Below are positions 46,646 to 59,502 of a stretch of DNA of 64,000 nt, piece by piece. Every line of letters begins with the position of its first letter. Positions within the stretch are counted from its first letter, which is position 1. A model generated the notes under the pieces. The model did no database searches, was not told where the DNA came from, and saw only the letters and a list, made by a program, of their open reading frames with translations. The position numbers and the translations under genes are program-made. Location of the stretch: contig DJOI01000074.1 of assembly GCA_002439605.1 (NCBI GenBank), forward strand, positions 14,109 through 78,108, read 5' to 3'. Origin of the DNA: Candidatus Segatella mututuai (lineage in GTDB: Bacteria > Bacteroidota > Bacteroidia > Bacteroidales > Bacteroidaceae).

Positions 46646-48102
46646 TACTTAACCCAACCTTGATATTCAAATTTACAATTTTTATATCGGTCGTTCATTC
46701 GTACATAAGTACTCTTGATCTTGCTTACCACCCAGTCGTGCAAGGTCTTCTCTCGCTCCTTGGCCAGTACCACATCCTGCATTACCTGGAAGTCTTCTGT
46801 TATGGTGGCGCGATGCCCTTCTACCCTACTCACGAGTTTTACCAAAGCACAAGTAGTCTTGCCACGACTGTTGATCATTTTGAACGAACGAGACACCTCA
46901 CCCACTTTCATGGAGTCAACCACACGGGCTATCTCAGTAGGCAAATCCTTCATTTGGAACTTGGATGTGCGCACACCTGCCTGGGATGTGTTGGCCATCA
47001 AGCCATGGTTGTTCTTGGTATCCTTGTCGTCAGACAATACAGATACAGCAGACTCAAATGTAAACTTGCCACTACGAATATCAGCTCCAATAGAGTCGAG
47101 ACGCAGTATAGCCTTGTCTATTGACTCCTGGGGAACAACGGGCTTGCGCAAGATATGTCGCACCTTGATTTTGTCGCCACGCTTGTCTATCAACTGAATG
47201 ATATGAAAACCAAATTCAGACTCGACGATCTTGGATATTTTCTTAGGGTCTGTCAGATTGAAAGCCACATTGGCAAAAGCAGGATCCAACATGCCTCTAC
47301 CCACATAGTCCATCTCGCCACCCATACGGGCAGAACCAGGATCTTCTGAATACAGACGAGCCAATGTAGAGAAGGTCGTCTCACCCTTGTTGACGCGGTC
47401 GGTATAGTCACGCAACTCGTCCTTGACACGATTGATCTCCTCCATTGGAATTCTTGGTTGCTGGGTAAGTATCTCCACCTCCACCTCTGTAGGCACGAAA
47501 GGAATACTATCGGATGGAAGATTGTTGAAATAACGACGAACCTGAGCTGGTGAAACTTTAATGTCCTTCACCAACTTCTCTTTCATCTTCTGAATCAACT
47601 GACGATTTTTGAAGTCATCGTGCATCTGCTGTCGCATCTGTGTAACACTCTGCTTTCGATATTCCTCCAACTTCTCACGCGAGCCTATCATGTTAATCCA
47701 ATAATTGATTTGCTCGTCGATACCAGCCATTACCTCAGACTCCGACACCTCTATACTATCAATGGCAGCCTGATGCAGGAAGAGCTTTTGCACAGCTATC
47801 TGCTCCGGAATGCTGCAATCAGGATCGCCAGCATATTTGATGCCTTCTGCCTCGCCCTGCAATCGGGCAATCTCGACATCCGACTTCAGGATAGGCTCGT
47901 CTCCCACAACCCAAATCACCTCATCTACGACACTGCCCTCGTTCAGGACAGGCGCATTCCTCACGTGATTAGTATCGCTGGAATCCGAACTATCCCAAAC
48001 AGAAGTCTTAGCTAAGCGAGAAGCTCTGTTGGTACTTGCGCTGATGCCCATGATAAACATAAGAGCAACAAAAGACAAAGCAATCTTATTCTCTATTTTC
48101 AT
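46645..48102 (-). CDS. SurA-like parvulin peptidyl-prolyl isomerase
   Basis: VDEVIWVVGDEPILKSD, F..LARLYSEDPGSA..GGE, SEFGFHII. Confidence 0.9.
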   Translation of the reverse strand: MKIENKIALSFVALMFIMGISASTNRASRLAKTSVWDSSDSSDTNHVRNAPVLNEGSVVDEVIWVVGDEPILKSDVEIARLQGEAEGIKYAGDPDCSIPEQIAVQKLFLHQAAIDSIEVSESEVMAGIDEQINYWINMIGSREKLEEYRKQSVTQMRQQMHDDFKNRQLIQKMKEKLVKDIKVSPAQVRRYFNNLPSDSIPFVPTEVEVEILTQQPRIPMEEINRVKDELRDYTDRVNKGETTFSTLARLYSEDPGSARMGGEMDYVGRGMLDPAFANVAFNLTDPKKISKIVESEFGFHIIQLIDKRGDKIKVRHILRKPVVPQESIDKAILRLDSIGADIRSGKFTFESAVSVLSDDKDTKNNHGLMANTSQAGVRTSKFQMKDLPTEIARVVDSMKVGEVSRSFKMINSRGKTTCALVKLVSRVEGHRATITEDFQVMQDVVLAKEREKTLHDWVVSKIKSTYVRMNDRYKNCKFEYQGWVK

Positions 48103-48122
48103 GTATCTTTATTTTCGTTTGA

Positions 48123-49550
48123 TTAATGCTTGTTGACTGTCGCCAAAACATCCTTGTTTACTACAACAGGGTATTTTTTTCTCAAGGCTGCCACCCATTC
48201 TTTCTCCAACATATCCTGATAGTCTGCTATCACTTGTGCCTTGACATCGGTATAATCTTCCGGGGCTTTCCTCAGCACTTTGCCAAAGGTGGCGTCTATG
48301 GGATAATCCTTCAAGGCCGTGATGGTGGTGTCTTTCTTGAAGACCATCTTGTCGACTACGGCATTATCTCCCTTCTTGAAAATACCTTTTTCCACACGGA
48401 TACGAATCACGGAATCCTTATTAAATGTATTGCGCAGAATGTCTGCCCACTCTGAGAAAGCCTTGCCCTTGATGCTCTTCTTGACAGCCTCTACATCTGC
48501 CGCATCTCTTACATGATAGGCTATTCCCTTAAATCGGGGCTCATTCCATTTGTATCTTTTTTTATTCTTGGCGAAGAAGGCAGCCTGTCCTTTCTCGTCC
48601 TTGGAAGCCTTGTCCCATATCAGACGATTGCTGATTTCATAGAGCAACAAACCATCATGATACTCACGAATCAAATTTTTCAAATCACTATCCTTGGCCG
48701 ACAGTTCTTCTGACTTTCTGTCAAGAATGGTCTCTGCGGTAGTTCCTGCCGGCATAGTCTTCGCTAAAGAGTCCAACTTGTCGTTGATAATATTTTCCCT
48801 TATTCCTCTTGCATCTATAAAACGGATGATATCCGTTCTGAGTGAGTCATATGGGAAAAAATTCTGTGCACCATTTTTTTTTATAATATGGTAACCAAAC
48901 TCTGATAGAACAGGCTTGCTAATCTCGCCAACTTTGAGCGAATAAGCCGCATTCTCAAAAGCCTTCACAGTTTGCCCCTTACTAATCCAGGGCAATTCAC
49001 CCCCCTTGACTGCCGTGCTCTTGTCATCAGAGAATTTCTTGGCCAGCTCCTCGAAATCGGCGCCTTTCTTCAAAGCAGCATAAATAGAGTCGGCACGATT
49101 CTTCAACCTTGCATTCTCTGCAAGAGGTGCTTTCTGACTGAGTTTCAACAAAATATGAGAAACCTTTACCATTCCTCCATTTCCATCTATACGCTGGCGT
49201 GTGTCCTCATAGATACGGTGCGCTTCGTTTTCCACATCCTGTTCCGTAATCATAGAAGGACGTATCTGTTGATCACGATAAGTAGCAAACTCCTTTTTGA
49301 AAGAATCCAAAGTGTCGAGGCGAGCATCCAAAGCCGCCTGTACCTTCAACTTATAATTGACAAACAAATCCACATATTCATCGACCGTTTTCTTGTCAAT
49401 GACTCCTTCTGAATTGTTCTTGTTGTAAGAATACTCAAATTCGGAACGGGTAACAGGTGTTCCATTGATGGTCATTATCACAGGATCAACCTGAGCAAAA
49501 GCAATGCTCCCCGAGAGGAGCATTGCTGCTAAAAGCGCATTTATTTTCAT
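48123..49550 (-). CDS. Parvulin-type peptidyl-prolyl isomerase
   Basis: Signal peptide (ATG at 49550), SHIL, F.ELAKKFSDD, GGEL, SEFGYHII. Confidence 0.88.
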   Translation of the reverse strand: MKINALLAAMLLSGSIAFAQVDPVIMTINGTPVTRSEFEYSYNKNNSEGVIDKKTVDEYVDLFVNYKLKVQAALDARLDTLDSFKKEFATYRDQQIRPSMITEQDVENEAHRIYEDTRQRIDGNGGMVKVSHILLKLSQKAPLAENARLKNRADSIYAALKKGADFEELAKKFSDDKSTAVKGGELPWISKGQTVKAFENAAYSLKVGEISKPVLSEFGYHIIKKNGAQNFFPYDSLRTDIIRFIDARGIRENIINDKLDSLAKTMPAGTTAETILDRKSEELSAKDSDLKNLIREYHDGLLLYEISNRLIWDKASKDEKGQAAFFAKNKKRYKWNEPRFKGIAYHVRDAADVEAVKKSIKGKAFSEWADILRNTFNKDSVIRIRVEKGIFKKGDNAVVDKMVFKKDTTITALKDYPIDATFGKVLRKAPEDYTDVKAQVIADYQDMLEKEWVAALRKKYPVVVNKDVLATVNKH

Positions 49551-49566
49551 TTTCAAACATTCATTA

Positions 49567-51069
<1,503 letters not shown>

Positions 51070-51155
51070 TTATTGCGTGCAAATTTAGCAATAATTTTTC
51101 ATATTTTGCTCCTTTCTCCTCGAAATTCACTTCTTATTAATGCTATTTAACGTGA

Positions 51156-53333
51156 TTAGTTGGCTTGTTCTGACAAGAACTTAATTCTTACCAACCTTAT
51201 TTCGTCTTCAGAATAATCCTCGCCCAATTCTTTTTGCGCTGTATCCAAGTCATCGGTATCGCTCTCCATAAAATAGTCGTAAATATCGTCTACATGCTCG
51301 TCATCGATCACTTCTTCTATGAAATAATCTATGTTTAGTTTCGTACCACTATAGACTATTGCCTCTATTTCATCCAAAAGCTCACTGAAATCAAGCCCCT
51401 TCGCTTCGGCAAGATCATCGAGTGCTATCTGCCGGTCGATACTTTGAATGATACTTACCTTCAGCATGGACTTCTTAGCCACGGTGCGAACGCGCAATTC
51501 CTCAGGACGTTCAATGCCGTTTTCCTCACAATATTTTTTGATGAGGGCACAGAACTCCCTGCCATAGCGTTTTGCCTTGCCCGCACCTACGCCCTGAATA
51601 TTCTGCAGTTCCTGCAAATCGACAGGATACATGGTGGCCATCTGCTCCAAAGAAACATCCTGAAACACCACATAAGGGGGAAGGTTGTATCTCTTCGACA
51701 TGCTGGAGCGCAAGTCCTTGAGCATAGCAAACAGTTCCGGGTCGAGTGCCTCACTACCTACGCTATGGTCTTCCAAGCCATAATCATCCTTGAACACCTT
51801 ATCTTCCACGATCATGAAAGACTTTGGATTTTTAATAAAACGTTTGCCAGATACAGTCAACTTCAGCAAGCCATAGTTCTCTACATCTTTTTTCAGATAA
51901 CCCGCTATCAATGCCTGACGAATAACAGGATTCCACAACTTGCCATCCATATCCTCACCTGCGCCAAAACTCTCCAACTCGTTATGCTTGTGCGACACAA
52001 TATCATCGGTGGCTCTTCCCTTCACAAAGTCTATAATATATTCCTGACGAAAATTTTCTTTTACGGCAGCCACCGCCCTTAATACAACCACAAGCTCGTC
52101 CTTAGCCTCAATCTTAGTGGTAGGGTGCAGGCAATTGTCGCAGTTGTGACAGTTTTCTTCCTTGTATTCCTCACCGAAATAGTGAAGCAACATCTTGCGA
52201 CGACAAACAGATGACTCGGCGTAAGCTGCCGTCTCCTGCAAAAGTTGTCGGCCGATATCCTGTTCTGCCACAGGCTTGTTCTCCATGAACTTCTCTAATT
52301 TTTTCAGGTCTTTGCGGGCATAAAAAGCGATGCATATGCCCTCGCCACCATCACGTCCGGCACGTCCTGTCTCCTGATAATAACCTTCCAGACTTTTAGG
52401 AATGTCATAATGGATCACAAAGCGAACATCAGGCTTATCGATTCCCATCCCAAAGGCTATCGTTGCCACAATGACATCAATACGCTCCATCAAAAAATCG
52501 TCCTGTGTCTGCGAGCGAGTAGCAGAATCCAAGCCGGCATGATAAGGCGCCGCCTTGATGTCATTGGCTTTCAACACTTCTGCCAGTTCCTCCACCTTCT
52601 TCCTCGACAGACAATATATAATGCCACTCTTGCCTGCGTGCTGACGGATAAACATGATAATCTGTTTATCTATCTCATTGGTCTTGGGACGAACCTCATA
52701 ATACAGATTAGGACGATTGAAAGAACTCTTGAATTCCCTGGCATCCATGATGCCCAAACTCTTCTTGATATCAGTTCTCACCTTGTCAGTAGCAGTAGCT
52801 GTCAAGGCTATAACTGGCGCATTGCCTATCTCGTTGATAATGGGTCGGATACGACGATACTCCGGGCGGAAATCATGTCCCCACTCCGAAATACAGTGAG
52901 CCTCATCAATGGCATAGAAAGAAATCTTCACTGTTTTCAGAAAATCGACATTGTCTTCCTTGGTCAACGATTCTGGTGCCACGTACAGCAGCTTCGTCTT
53001 GCCCGCCAGAATGTCGCTCTTAACTTTTTCGACAGCCGATTTGTTCAGAGAAGAGTTCAGATAGTGAGCCACGCCATCCTCCTCACTAAGTCCATTGATT
53101 ACATCCACCTGATTTTTCATTAGGGCAATCAATGGGGAAATGACAATGGCCGTTCCCTCCATGATTAAGGACGGCAACTGATAGCACAAACTTTTTCCAC
53201 CGCCTGTAGGCATCAACACGAATGTATCATTACCACTCATCAGATTTTTGATAATCGATTCCTGGTCGCCTTTAAATGAGTCAAAGCCGAAATAGTGTTT
53301 CAACTGTTCCGTAAGATTCATCTGTTCCGTCAT
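51156..53333 (-). CDS. recQ: DNA helicase RecQ
   Basis: MPTGGGKSLCYQ, DEAHCISEWGHDFRP, QETGRAGRDG, Zn-binding Cys cluster, RQC and HRDC domains. ATG at 53333. Confidence 0.97.
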   Translation of the reverse strand: MTEQMNLTEQLKHYFGFDSFKGDQESIIKNLMSGNDTFVLMPTGGGKSLCYQLPSLIMEGTAIVISPLIALMKNQVDVINGLSEEDGVAHYLNSSLNKSAVEKVKSDILAGKTKLLYVAPESLTKEDNVDFLKTVKISFYAIDEAHCISEWGHDFRPEYRRIRPIINEIGNAPVIALTATATDKVRTDIKKSLGIMDAREFKSSFNRPNLYYEVRPKTNEIDKQIIMFIRQHAGKSGIIYCLSRKKVEELAEVLKANDIKAAPYHAGLDSATRSQTQDDFLMERIDVIVATIAFGMGIDKPDVRFVIHYDIPKSLEGYYQETGRAGRDGGEGICIAFYARKDLKKLEKFMENKPVAEQDIGRQLLQETAAYAESSVCRRKMLLHYFGEEYKEENCHNCDNCLHPTTKIEAKDELVVVLRAVAAVKENFRQEYIIDFVKGRATDDIVSHKHNELESFGAGEDMDGKLWNPVIRQALIAGYLKKDVENYGLLKLTVSGKRFIKNPKSFMIVEDKVFKDDYGLEDHSVGSEALDPELFAMLKDLRSSMSKRYNLPPYVVFQDVSLEQMATMYPVDLQELQNIQGVGAGKAKRYGREFCALIKKYCEENGIERPEELRVRTVAKKSMLKVSIIQSIDRQIALDDLAEAKGLDFSELLDEIEAIVYSGTKLNIDYFIEEVIDDEHVDDIYDYFMESDTDDLDTAQKELGEDYSEDEIRLVRIKFLSEQAN

Positions 53334-53406
53334 ATCCACCTCTATTATTATATGTATACTTGTATCGGTAAAAGTCACTGAGCGCACATGGTCGGTTTGC
53401 TCTTTC

Positions 53407-54633
53407 CTAAACCGTATTCATCTGTTGCAGATTGGTTTTCTCCAACTGCTGCTTGGCATAGTCCAATGTTACATTGAAAGTTGTAATCTTCTGAGACGGG
53501 ACATCAAACATAGCATCCATCATGACTGCTTCTACGATGGAACGCAAACCTCTGGCACCGAGTTTGTATTCCATGGCCTTGTCCACCATATAGTCGAGAG
53601 CTTTCTCATCGAACGCCAATTTGATGCCGTCCATCTCGAACAACTTGACATACTGCTTGATGATAGAATTCTTGGGCTCAACCAATATCTTGCGCAAAGC
53701 ATCCCTATCCAACGGATTCAAGTACGTAAGCACAGGCAGGCGACCAATAATCTCTGGTATCAATCCAAAAGACTTCAAGTCTTGTGGAAGGATATACTTC
53801 ATCAAATCGGTTTTGTCTATCTTGCTGACATTCTGCACAGAATTGAAACCAACAACATGCGTATTGAGACGCTGTGCTATCTTTCGCTCTATTCCGTCGA
53901 AGGCTCCACCACAAATAAAGAGAATGTTCTTAGTGTCTACGTGAATGTATTCCTGGTCTGGATGTTTGCGTCCACCCTTTGGCGGAACATTCACCATCGT
54001 GCCTTCCAACAGCTTGAGTAAACCTTGCTGTACACCCTCGCCGCTCACATCGCGGGTGATGGATGGGTTGTCACTCTTACGGGCTATCTTGTCGATCTCG
54101 TCGATAAAAACGATACCTCTTTCCGCAGCAGCCACATCATAGTCGGCCACTTGAAGCAGACGACTCAGTATGCTTTCCACATCTTCGCCTACATAACCAG
54201 CCTCGGTAAATACCGTTGCATCAACAATGGTGAAAGGAACATCCAACAGTTTAGCGATAGTACGGGCAAGAAGAGTCTTTCCCGTGCCGGTACTACCTAC
54301 CATTATAATATTGCTCTTCTCTATTTCCACGCCTCCGTCGTCTACTGTTTGCTGCAAACGCTTATAGTGATTGTACACCGCCACAGCAAGAGAGCGCTTA
54401 GCTCCATCCTGTCCGATGACATACTGGTCCAGATATTGCTTGATCTCTACGGGCTTAGGCACCTGCTTCAATGCGAACTTCTCGTTTTTCTTATCATTGA
54501 GGACACCCGAAGACAAGACTATCTCGTATGCCTGCTTGACACAATTCTCGCAGATATACCCATTGATTCCCGTTATCAGCAATTTTACTTCGCTCTCGCT
54601 TCTTCCACAGAAACTACATACATTCTTTGGCAT
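53407..54633 (-). CDS. clpX: ATP-dependent Clp protease ATP-binding subunit ClpX
   Basis: CSFCG zinc finger, [32 protein letters not shown]. Confidence 0.97.
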   Translation of the reverse strand: MPKNVCSFCGRSESEVKLLITGINGYICENCVKQAYEIVLSSGVLNDKKNEKFALKQVPKPVEIKQYLDQYVIGQDGAKRSLAVAVYNHYKRLQQTVDDGGVEIEKSNIIMVGSTGTGKTLLARTIAKLLDVPFTIVDATVFTEAGYVGEDVESILSRLLQVADYDVAAAERGIVFIDEIDKIARKSDNPSITRDVSGEGVQQGLLKLLEGTMVNVPPKGGRKHPDQEYIHVDTKNILFICGGAFDGIERKIAQRLNTHVVGFNSVQNVSKIDKTDLMKYILPQDLKSFGLIPEIIGRLPVLTYLNPLDRDALRKILVEPKNSIIKQYVKLFEMDGIKLAFDEKALDYMVDKAMEYKLGARGLRSIVEAVMMDAMFDVPSQKITTFNVTLDYAKQQLEKTNLQQMNTV

Positions 54634-55310
54634 TATTCTTCTACTCCTTTTTTACGGGTCAACACAGCATCTATCATACCATACTCCTTGGCTTCCTCCG
54701 CCGTCATCCAATAGTTACGATCACTGTCAGCCCACACTTTCTCGTATGGAGTATGTGAATGATTGGAGATAATGGTATAAAGTTCCTTCTTAAATTTCTG
54801 AATCTCTTTTGCCTCAATCTCTATATCTGAAGCCTGTCCCTGCACACCACCAAGCGGCTGATGGATCATCACTCGACTGTGAGGCAAGGCCGAACGTTTG
54901 CCTTCCTGACCCGCCACCAAGAGGACGGCTCCCATCGAGGCAGCCATGCCCGTACAGATAGTAGAAACATCACTGGAAATAAACTGCATGGTGTCGTATA
55001 TGCCGAGACCAGCCGTAACACTTCCGCCCGGGCTATTGATATAAATAGAAATATCCTTGCCACTGTCTACAGAGTCGAGATACAGCAACTGAGCCTGCAG
55101 GGTATTGGCTGTATAGTCGTCTATCTCGGTACCCAAGAAGATAACACGATCCATCATCAATCTTGAGAAAACATCCATCTGAGTCACATTAAGCTGACGT
55201 TCCTCCAAGATGTAAGGATTCATATAACGAGCCTGTGCTTTTACCACATCGTCAAGCACCATTCCGCTCATACCCAAATGCCGTGTAGCATACTTTCTAA
55301 AATCGTTCAT
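54633..55310 (-). CDS. clpP: ClpP protease
   Basis: [33 protein letters not shown]. Start at 55310 or 55331. Confidence 0.97.
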   Translation of the reverse strand: MNDFRKYATRHLGMSGMVLDDVVKAQARYMNPYILEERQLNVTQMDVFSRLMMDRVIFLGTEIDDYTANTLQAQLLYLDSVDSGKDISIYINSPGGSVTAGLGIYDTMQFISSDVSTICTGMAASMGAVLLVAGQEGKRSALPHSRVMIHQPLGGVQGQASDIEIEAKEIQKFKKELYTIISNHSHTPYEKVWADSDRNYWMTAEEAKEYGMIDAVLTRKKGVEE

Positions 55311-55440
55311 ATTATCAGTTTTTCTATTCAAAATAAGACAAAAATAGAGGTTATCGACCTCCTTTTCTCCGTTCTGTGGAACAAAGATAATAAAAAAAGT
55401 CGATAACCTCGTATTTATTGAAGTTTTTTTTCAAAAAAAA

Positions 55441-56799
55441 TTAGCCCTGCATCATCTTATTGAAATCCTCCACAGAAATCTCCTTTTCGTTGAGTTTAAC
55501 AACACCCTTAAGAGCGGCTGCCAACTTACGATCTACCGCACGGTCAACAAGAGCATCAGTGCTATTACCCTTCTTGAGAATCTCATTAGCATAGTTCTCT
55601 ATATACTCCTCCGGAATATTGGTCATACCATACTGAGCAAACTGCGCACGAGCTGCCTCCTTGGCAGTTTCCTTGATGTCGCCGTCATCCACCTTGATGC
55701 CCTGGGCGCTAACCAGCTGTTCCTTGATAAGGTGCCATGTCAACTCCTTGATGCTCTGGTCATAGTTCTTCTCCACGAACTCCTCGCCCTTGTCCTTGTT
55801 GTTAGCCAACATGATACGCTTGAGCAACGCGTCTGGATATACCAACTTGCCAACCTTCTTCTCGCAGTGAGCACGTACATCCAAGAGGAACTTATAGTCT
55901 GAATCGTTAACCAGCTGAGCGTTCAAGCCTTCAGCAATCTTTGCACGGAAAGCAGCCTCGTCCTTCACATCAGTATCGTCACCGAAGACCTGCTTGAAGA
56001 GCTCCTCGTTTACCTCGTGCTTCTTGAAGCGCTGAATCTCTGTCACCTGAAAGCTGAACTCTGACTCCAAGTCTTTGACAGCATCACGCTCAATCTTCAA
56101 AAGCTGAGAGACCTCAGTATCGTTGTCTGGATAAGCCTTGCGTGGGTTAAAGGTGATGATGTCGCCCAACTTGGCGCCATCAAACAACTTTTTCTGATCG
56201 TCCACCTTGATATAGGCAGGCATCAAGACAGCACCCTCCACTGTGATACCACCTTCCTTAGTGTTGCCATTCTCGTCAAGTTCACGCAAGTCACCTTTGA
56301 GCGTATCATTGTCCTCATAGCTTTCAGCACTCTCATAGCTTCCAGCACGTGATGCATACATGTCCACCTGCTGGTCGATCACCTTGTCGTCTACTTTGAT
56401 ATTGTAGTAATCCACCTTGTCACGACCTGTAAGAGACACCTTTATCTCGGGAGCCACAGCTATGTCAAACATAAATGTATAAGGACCATCCTTCTCAATA
56501 TCAACAGGAGCCTGCTTTTCGGAAGCAAGAGGCTCGCCAAGCATTTGGATCTTATTGTCCTGAACATACTTGTAAATCTGCTGGCCGATAATCTTGTTAA
56601 TTGATTCCATCTTAACAGAAGGACCAAACTGACGCTTGATCATTCCCATTGGAACCTGACCAGGACGAAATCCAGGAACATTTGCTTTCTTACGATAGTC
56701 CTTCAATGTCTTCTCGACATCATTCTTGTAATCCTCTTCTTCGACAACAATTGTCAGAAGACCATTAATCTTGTCAGGATTTTCAAATGAAATTTTCAT
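55441..56799 (-). CDS. tig: Trigger factor
   Basis: Ribosome-binding motif PGFRPGQVP; 452 aa; directly upstream of clpP. Confidence 0.95.
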   Translation of the reverse strand: MKISFENPDKINGLLTIVVEEEDYKNDVEKTLKDYRKKANVPGFRPGQVPMGMIKRQFGPSVKMESINKIIGQQIYKYVQDNKIQMLGEPLASEKQAPVDIEKDGPYTFMFDIAVAPEIKVSLTGRDKVDYYNIKVDDKVIDQQVDMYASRAGSYESAESYEDNDTLKGDLRELDENGNTKEGGITVEGAVLMPAYIKVDDQKKLFDGAKLGDIITFNPRKAYPDNDTEVSQLLKIERDAVKDLESEFSFQVTEIQRFKKHEVNEELFKQVFGDDTDVKDEAAFRAKIAEGLNAQLVNDSDYKFLLDVRAHCEKKVGKLVYPDALLKRIMLANNKDKGEEFVEKNYDQSIKELTWHLIKEQLVSAQGIKVDDGDIKETAKEAARAQFAQYGMTNIPEEYIENYANEILKKGNSTDALVDRAVDRKLAAALKGVVKLNEKEISVEDFNKMMQG

Positions 56800-56923
56800 C
56801 TTGATGTTTTCTTTTTATATTATTAATTATTTTTCTTCAGTTCATGTACATTGGCTTGCAAAATTACTCATATTTGTTGAATATACCTAATATATATAGT
56901 AAAAATTTGCTTTTTTAACCATA

Positions 56924-57757
56924 TTACTTGGTATTCTCCTGCCTATTCTGCTCGTCGACGAGCTGAAATTCTTTCTTTTTGAGCACAAAACCTGTGGTAA
57001 GGTATTTTTCCTTAACAATCTTGTTGGCGGCCAATTCCTCGGGGGTTCCCTGAAACAAGATACGGCCTTCGAACAGCAAGTAAGCGCGGTCTGTTATGGC
57101 CAAGGTTTCGTCCACATTGTGGTCGGTTATCAATATACCGATGTTACGCGACTTCAGTTTCCACACCACATTCTGTATTTCCTCCACCTGGATAGGATCG
57201 ACACCAGCAAAGGGTTCATCCAGCATGATAAACTTAGGATTGTTGGCAAGGCAGCGGGCTATCTCCACACGGCGGCGTTCTCCACCAGAAAGTTGGTCAC
57301 CCAAGTTCTTGCGCACTTTCTGCAAATCGAAATCATTAATCAGACTTTCAAGTTTTTCACGTTGATATTCCTTCGGCTTGCCCGTCATCTCCAATACTGC
57401 CAGAATATTGTCTTCCACACTCATCTTTCGAAACACGCTGGCTTCTTGTGGCAAATAGCCTATGCCCGCACGAGCATGCTTGTAGACAGGGTAATTGGTT
57501 ATTTCCTTGTCTCCTAAGTACACGTGTCCTCCATTAGGAACCACCAAGCCGGTAGTCATATAGAAAGACGTCGTCTTGCCAGCGCCATTAGGTCCCAGCA
57601 ATCCAACAATTTCTCCTTGTTTCACATTGATTGTCACTCCGTTGGCAACAGTTCGCTTGCCATAGCGCTTGACAAGTTTATCTGTTCTCAGCACGAGTCT
57701 CTCTGGCTCTTCACCCAGCTGCCCATTATTCATATTTTCATTCATATATAAAGCCAT
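56924..57757 (-). CDS. lptB: LPS export ABC ATPase LptB
   Basis: GLLGPNGAGKTTSFY, LPQEASVFR, LSGGERRR, DEPFAGVDPI, ITDHNV. Confidence 0.95.
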   Translation of the reverse strand: MALYMNENMNNGQLGEEPERLVLRTDKLVKRYGKRTVANGVTINVKQGEIVGLLGPNGAGKTTSFYMTTGLVVPNGGHVYLGDKEITNYPVYKHARAGIGYLPQEASVFRKMSVEDNILAVLEMTGKPKEYQREKLESLINDFDLQKVRKNLGDQLSGGERRRVEIARCLANNPKFIMLDEPFAGVDPIQVEEIQNVVWKLKSRNIGILITDHNVDETLAITDRAYLLFEGRILFQGTPEELAANKIVKEKYLTTGFVLKKKEFQLVDEQNRQENTK

Positions 57758-57912
57758 TTAGGTATCGAGAAGATTCTACCTCTCTGCTTTTTTGGTGCAA
57801 AAATACTAAAAAAGGAGCAAATATCGCTTATAAAATCAAAAACTATTCCTAATATTGCAGTTTTTTAGAGGAATTTGGTTACTTTTGTACCATCAAACGA
57901 AGATTTATTAGC

Positions 57913-58659
57913 ATGTTAATATCAAAATGGCTTACCACCTTCGGTAAATACCTCATACTCATGGGAAGGTCGTTTTCACGCCCTGAGCGTATGCGTATGT
58001 TCCTCAAGCAGTATGTCAAGGAAATGTCTCAGTTGGGTGTCAATTCCATCGGCATCGTGCTGCTCATTTCTTTTTTCATAGGTGCCGTCATCTGCATTCA
58101 GATGAAGCTCAACATCCAAAGTCCCTGGATGCCACGATGGGTTTCGGGATACACCACACGCGAGATTATGCTCTTGGAGTTCTCTTCCAGTATCATGTGC
58201 TTGATATTGGCAGGAAAGGTGGGTTCCAACATTGCATCAGAATTAGGCACCATGCGTGTTACTCAGCAAATTGACGCCCTCGACATCATGGGTGTCAATT
58301 CTGCTTGCTACTTAGTACTACCCAAGATTTTAGGACTGGTAACCATCATGCCTTTCCTTGTCATCTTCAGTTCTACCTTGGGTATCATCGGAGCTTACGC
58401 AACGGCATTTGTGGGGCACATTCTTTCACCAGACGATCTGACGTTAGGACTACAACATGCCTTCAACCAGTGGTTCGTTTGGATGAGTATCGTGAAGAGT
58501 CTCTTCTTCGCATTCATCATAGCGAGTGTTTCTTCCTACTTTGGATATACGGTAGAAGGAGGATCTGTCGAGGTGGGCAAAGCTTCAACAGATGCCGTAG
58601 TATGCTCCAGCGTGCTGATCCTGTTCTCTGACGTTTTCCTCACTCAAATACTTTCATAA
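57913..58659 (+). CDS. mlaE: MlaE-family ABC permease
   Basis: AGKVGSNIASELGTMRVTQQIDAL, GGSVEVGKAST.AVV. Confidence 0.9.
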   Translation: MLISKWLTTFGKYLILMGRSFSRPERMRMFLKQYVKEMSQLGVNSIGIVLLISFFIGAVICIQMKLNIQSPWMPRWVSGYTTREIMLLEFSSSIMCLILAGKVGSNIASELGTMRVTQQIDALDIMGVNSACYLVLPKILGLVTIMPFLVIFSSTLGIIGAYATAFVGHILSPDDLTLGLQHAFNQWFVWMSIVKSLFFAFIIASVSSYFGYTVEGGSVEVGKASTDAVVCSSVLILFSDVFLTQILS

Positions 58660-58662
58660 GCT

Positions 58663-59439
58663 ATGATAGAAGTTAAAGACTTAACAAAAACGTTCGGCAA
58701 CAAAACTGTTCTCGACAAAATAAATATGGTCTTTGAGACAGGAAAGACCAACCTCATCATCGGGCAGAGCGGTTCTGGAAAAACGGTTTTGATGAAAAAC
58801 CTCGTAGGCTTGCTGACCCCAACAAGCGGACAAGTTCTCTATGATGGCCGAAACTTTGTAGAAATGTCAAAGAAGGAAAAAATTCTCATGCGACGTGAGA
58901 TGGGTATGATATTCCAAAGTGCTGCCCTCTTCGACTCGCTGTCTGTTCTTGAGAATGTGATGTTTCCGCTCGACATGTTTTCACCCATGAATTACAGAGA
59001 ACGCGTAAAGAGAGCCCAGGAATGCCTCGACCGTGTGAACCTCATCGAAGCACAGGAAAAGTTTCCTGGCGAAATATCGGGTGGCATGCAGAAACGTGTG
59101 GCCATAGCCAGAGCCATCGTGATGAATCCTAAATACCTGTTCTGCGATGAACCCAACTCAGGACTTGACCCCAAGACCTCTTTGGTCATCGACGAACTCC
59201 TGTCGGGAATCACCAAAGACTACAACATGACAACCATTATCAACACGCACGACATGAACTCCGTGATGGGTATTGGTGAAAATATATGTTTCATCTACAA
59301 AGGACAAAAAGAATGGCAAGGCACCAAAGATGAAGTGATAAGTTCAACAAACGAGAAACTCAACGACCTTGTTTTTGCTTCCGACCTGTTCAGAAAAGTA
59401 AAGAAAGTAGAAATGGAAGAAGAAAAGGCTACCCGATAA
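58663..59439 (+). CDS. mlaF: MlaF-family ABC ATPase
   Basis: GQSGSGKT, FQSAALFDS, ISGGMQKRVAIARA, DEPNSGLDP. Confidence 0.9.
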   Translation: MIEVKDLTKTFGNKTVLDKINMVFETGKTNLIIGQSGSGKTVLMKNLVGLLTPTSGQVLYDGRNFVEMSKKEKILMRREMGMIFQSAALFDSLSVLENVMFPLDMFSPMNYRERVKRAQECLDRVNLIEAQEKFPGEISGGMQKRVAIARAIVMNPKYLFCDEPNSGLDPKTSLVIDELLSGITKDYNMTTIINTHDMNSVMGIGENICFIYKGQKEWQGTKDEVISSTNEKLNDLVFASDLFRKVKKVEMEEEKATR

Positions 59440-59453
59440 AGGTAGCCTTTTCT
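59421..59453. terminator. Bidirectional terminator overlapping the mlaF stop
   Basis: 13-bp perfect stem AGAAAAGGCTACC / GGTAGCCTTTTCT. Confidence 0.8.
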
Positions 59454-59502
59454 TTCTATCGAATATCCGTAATATTTTTTATAAACTGTCTCAATAATCC
59501 AC

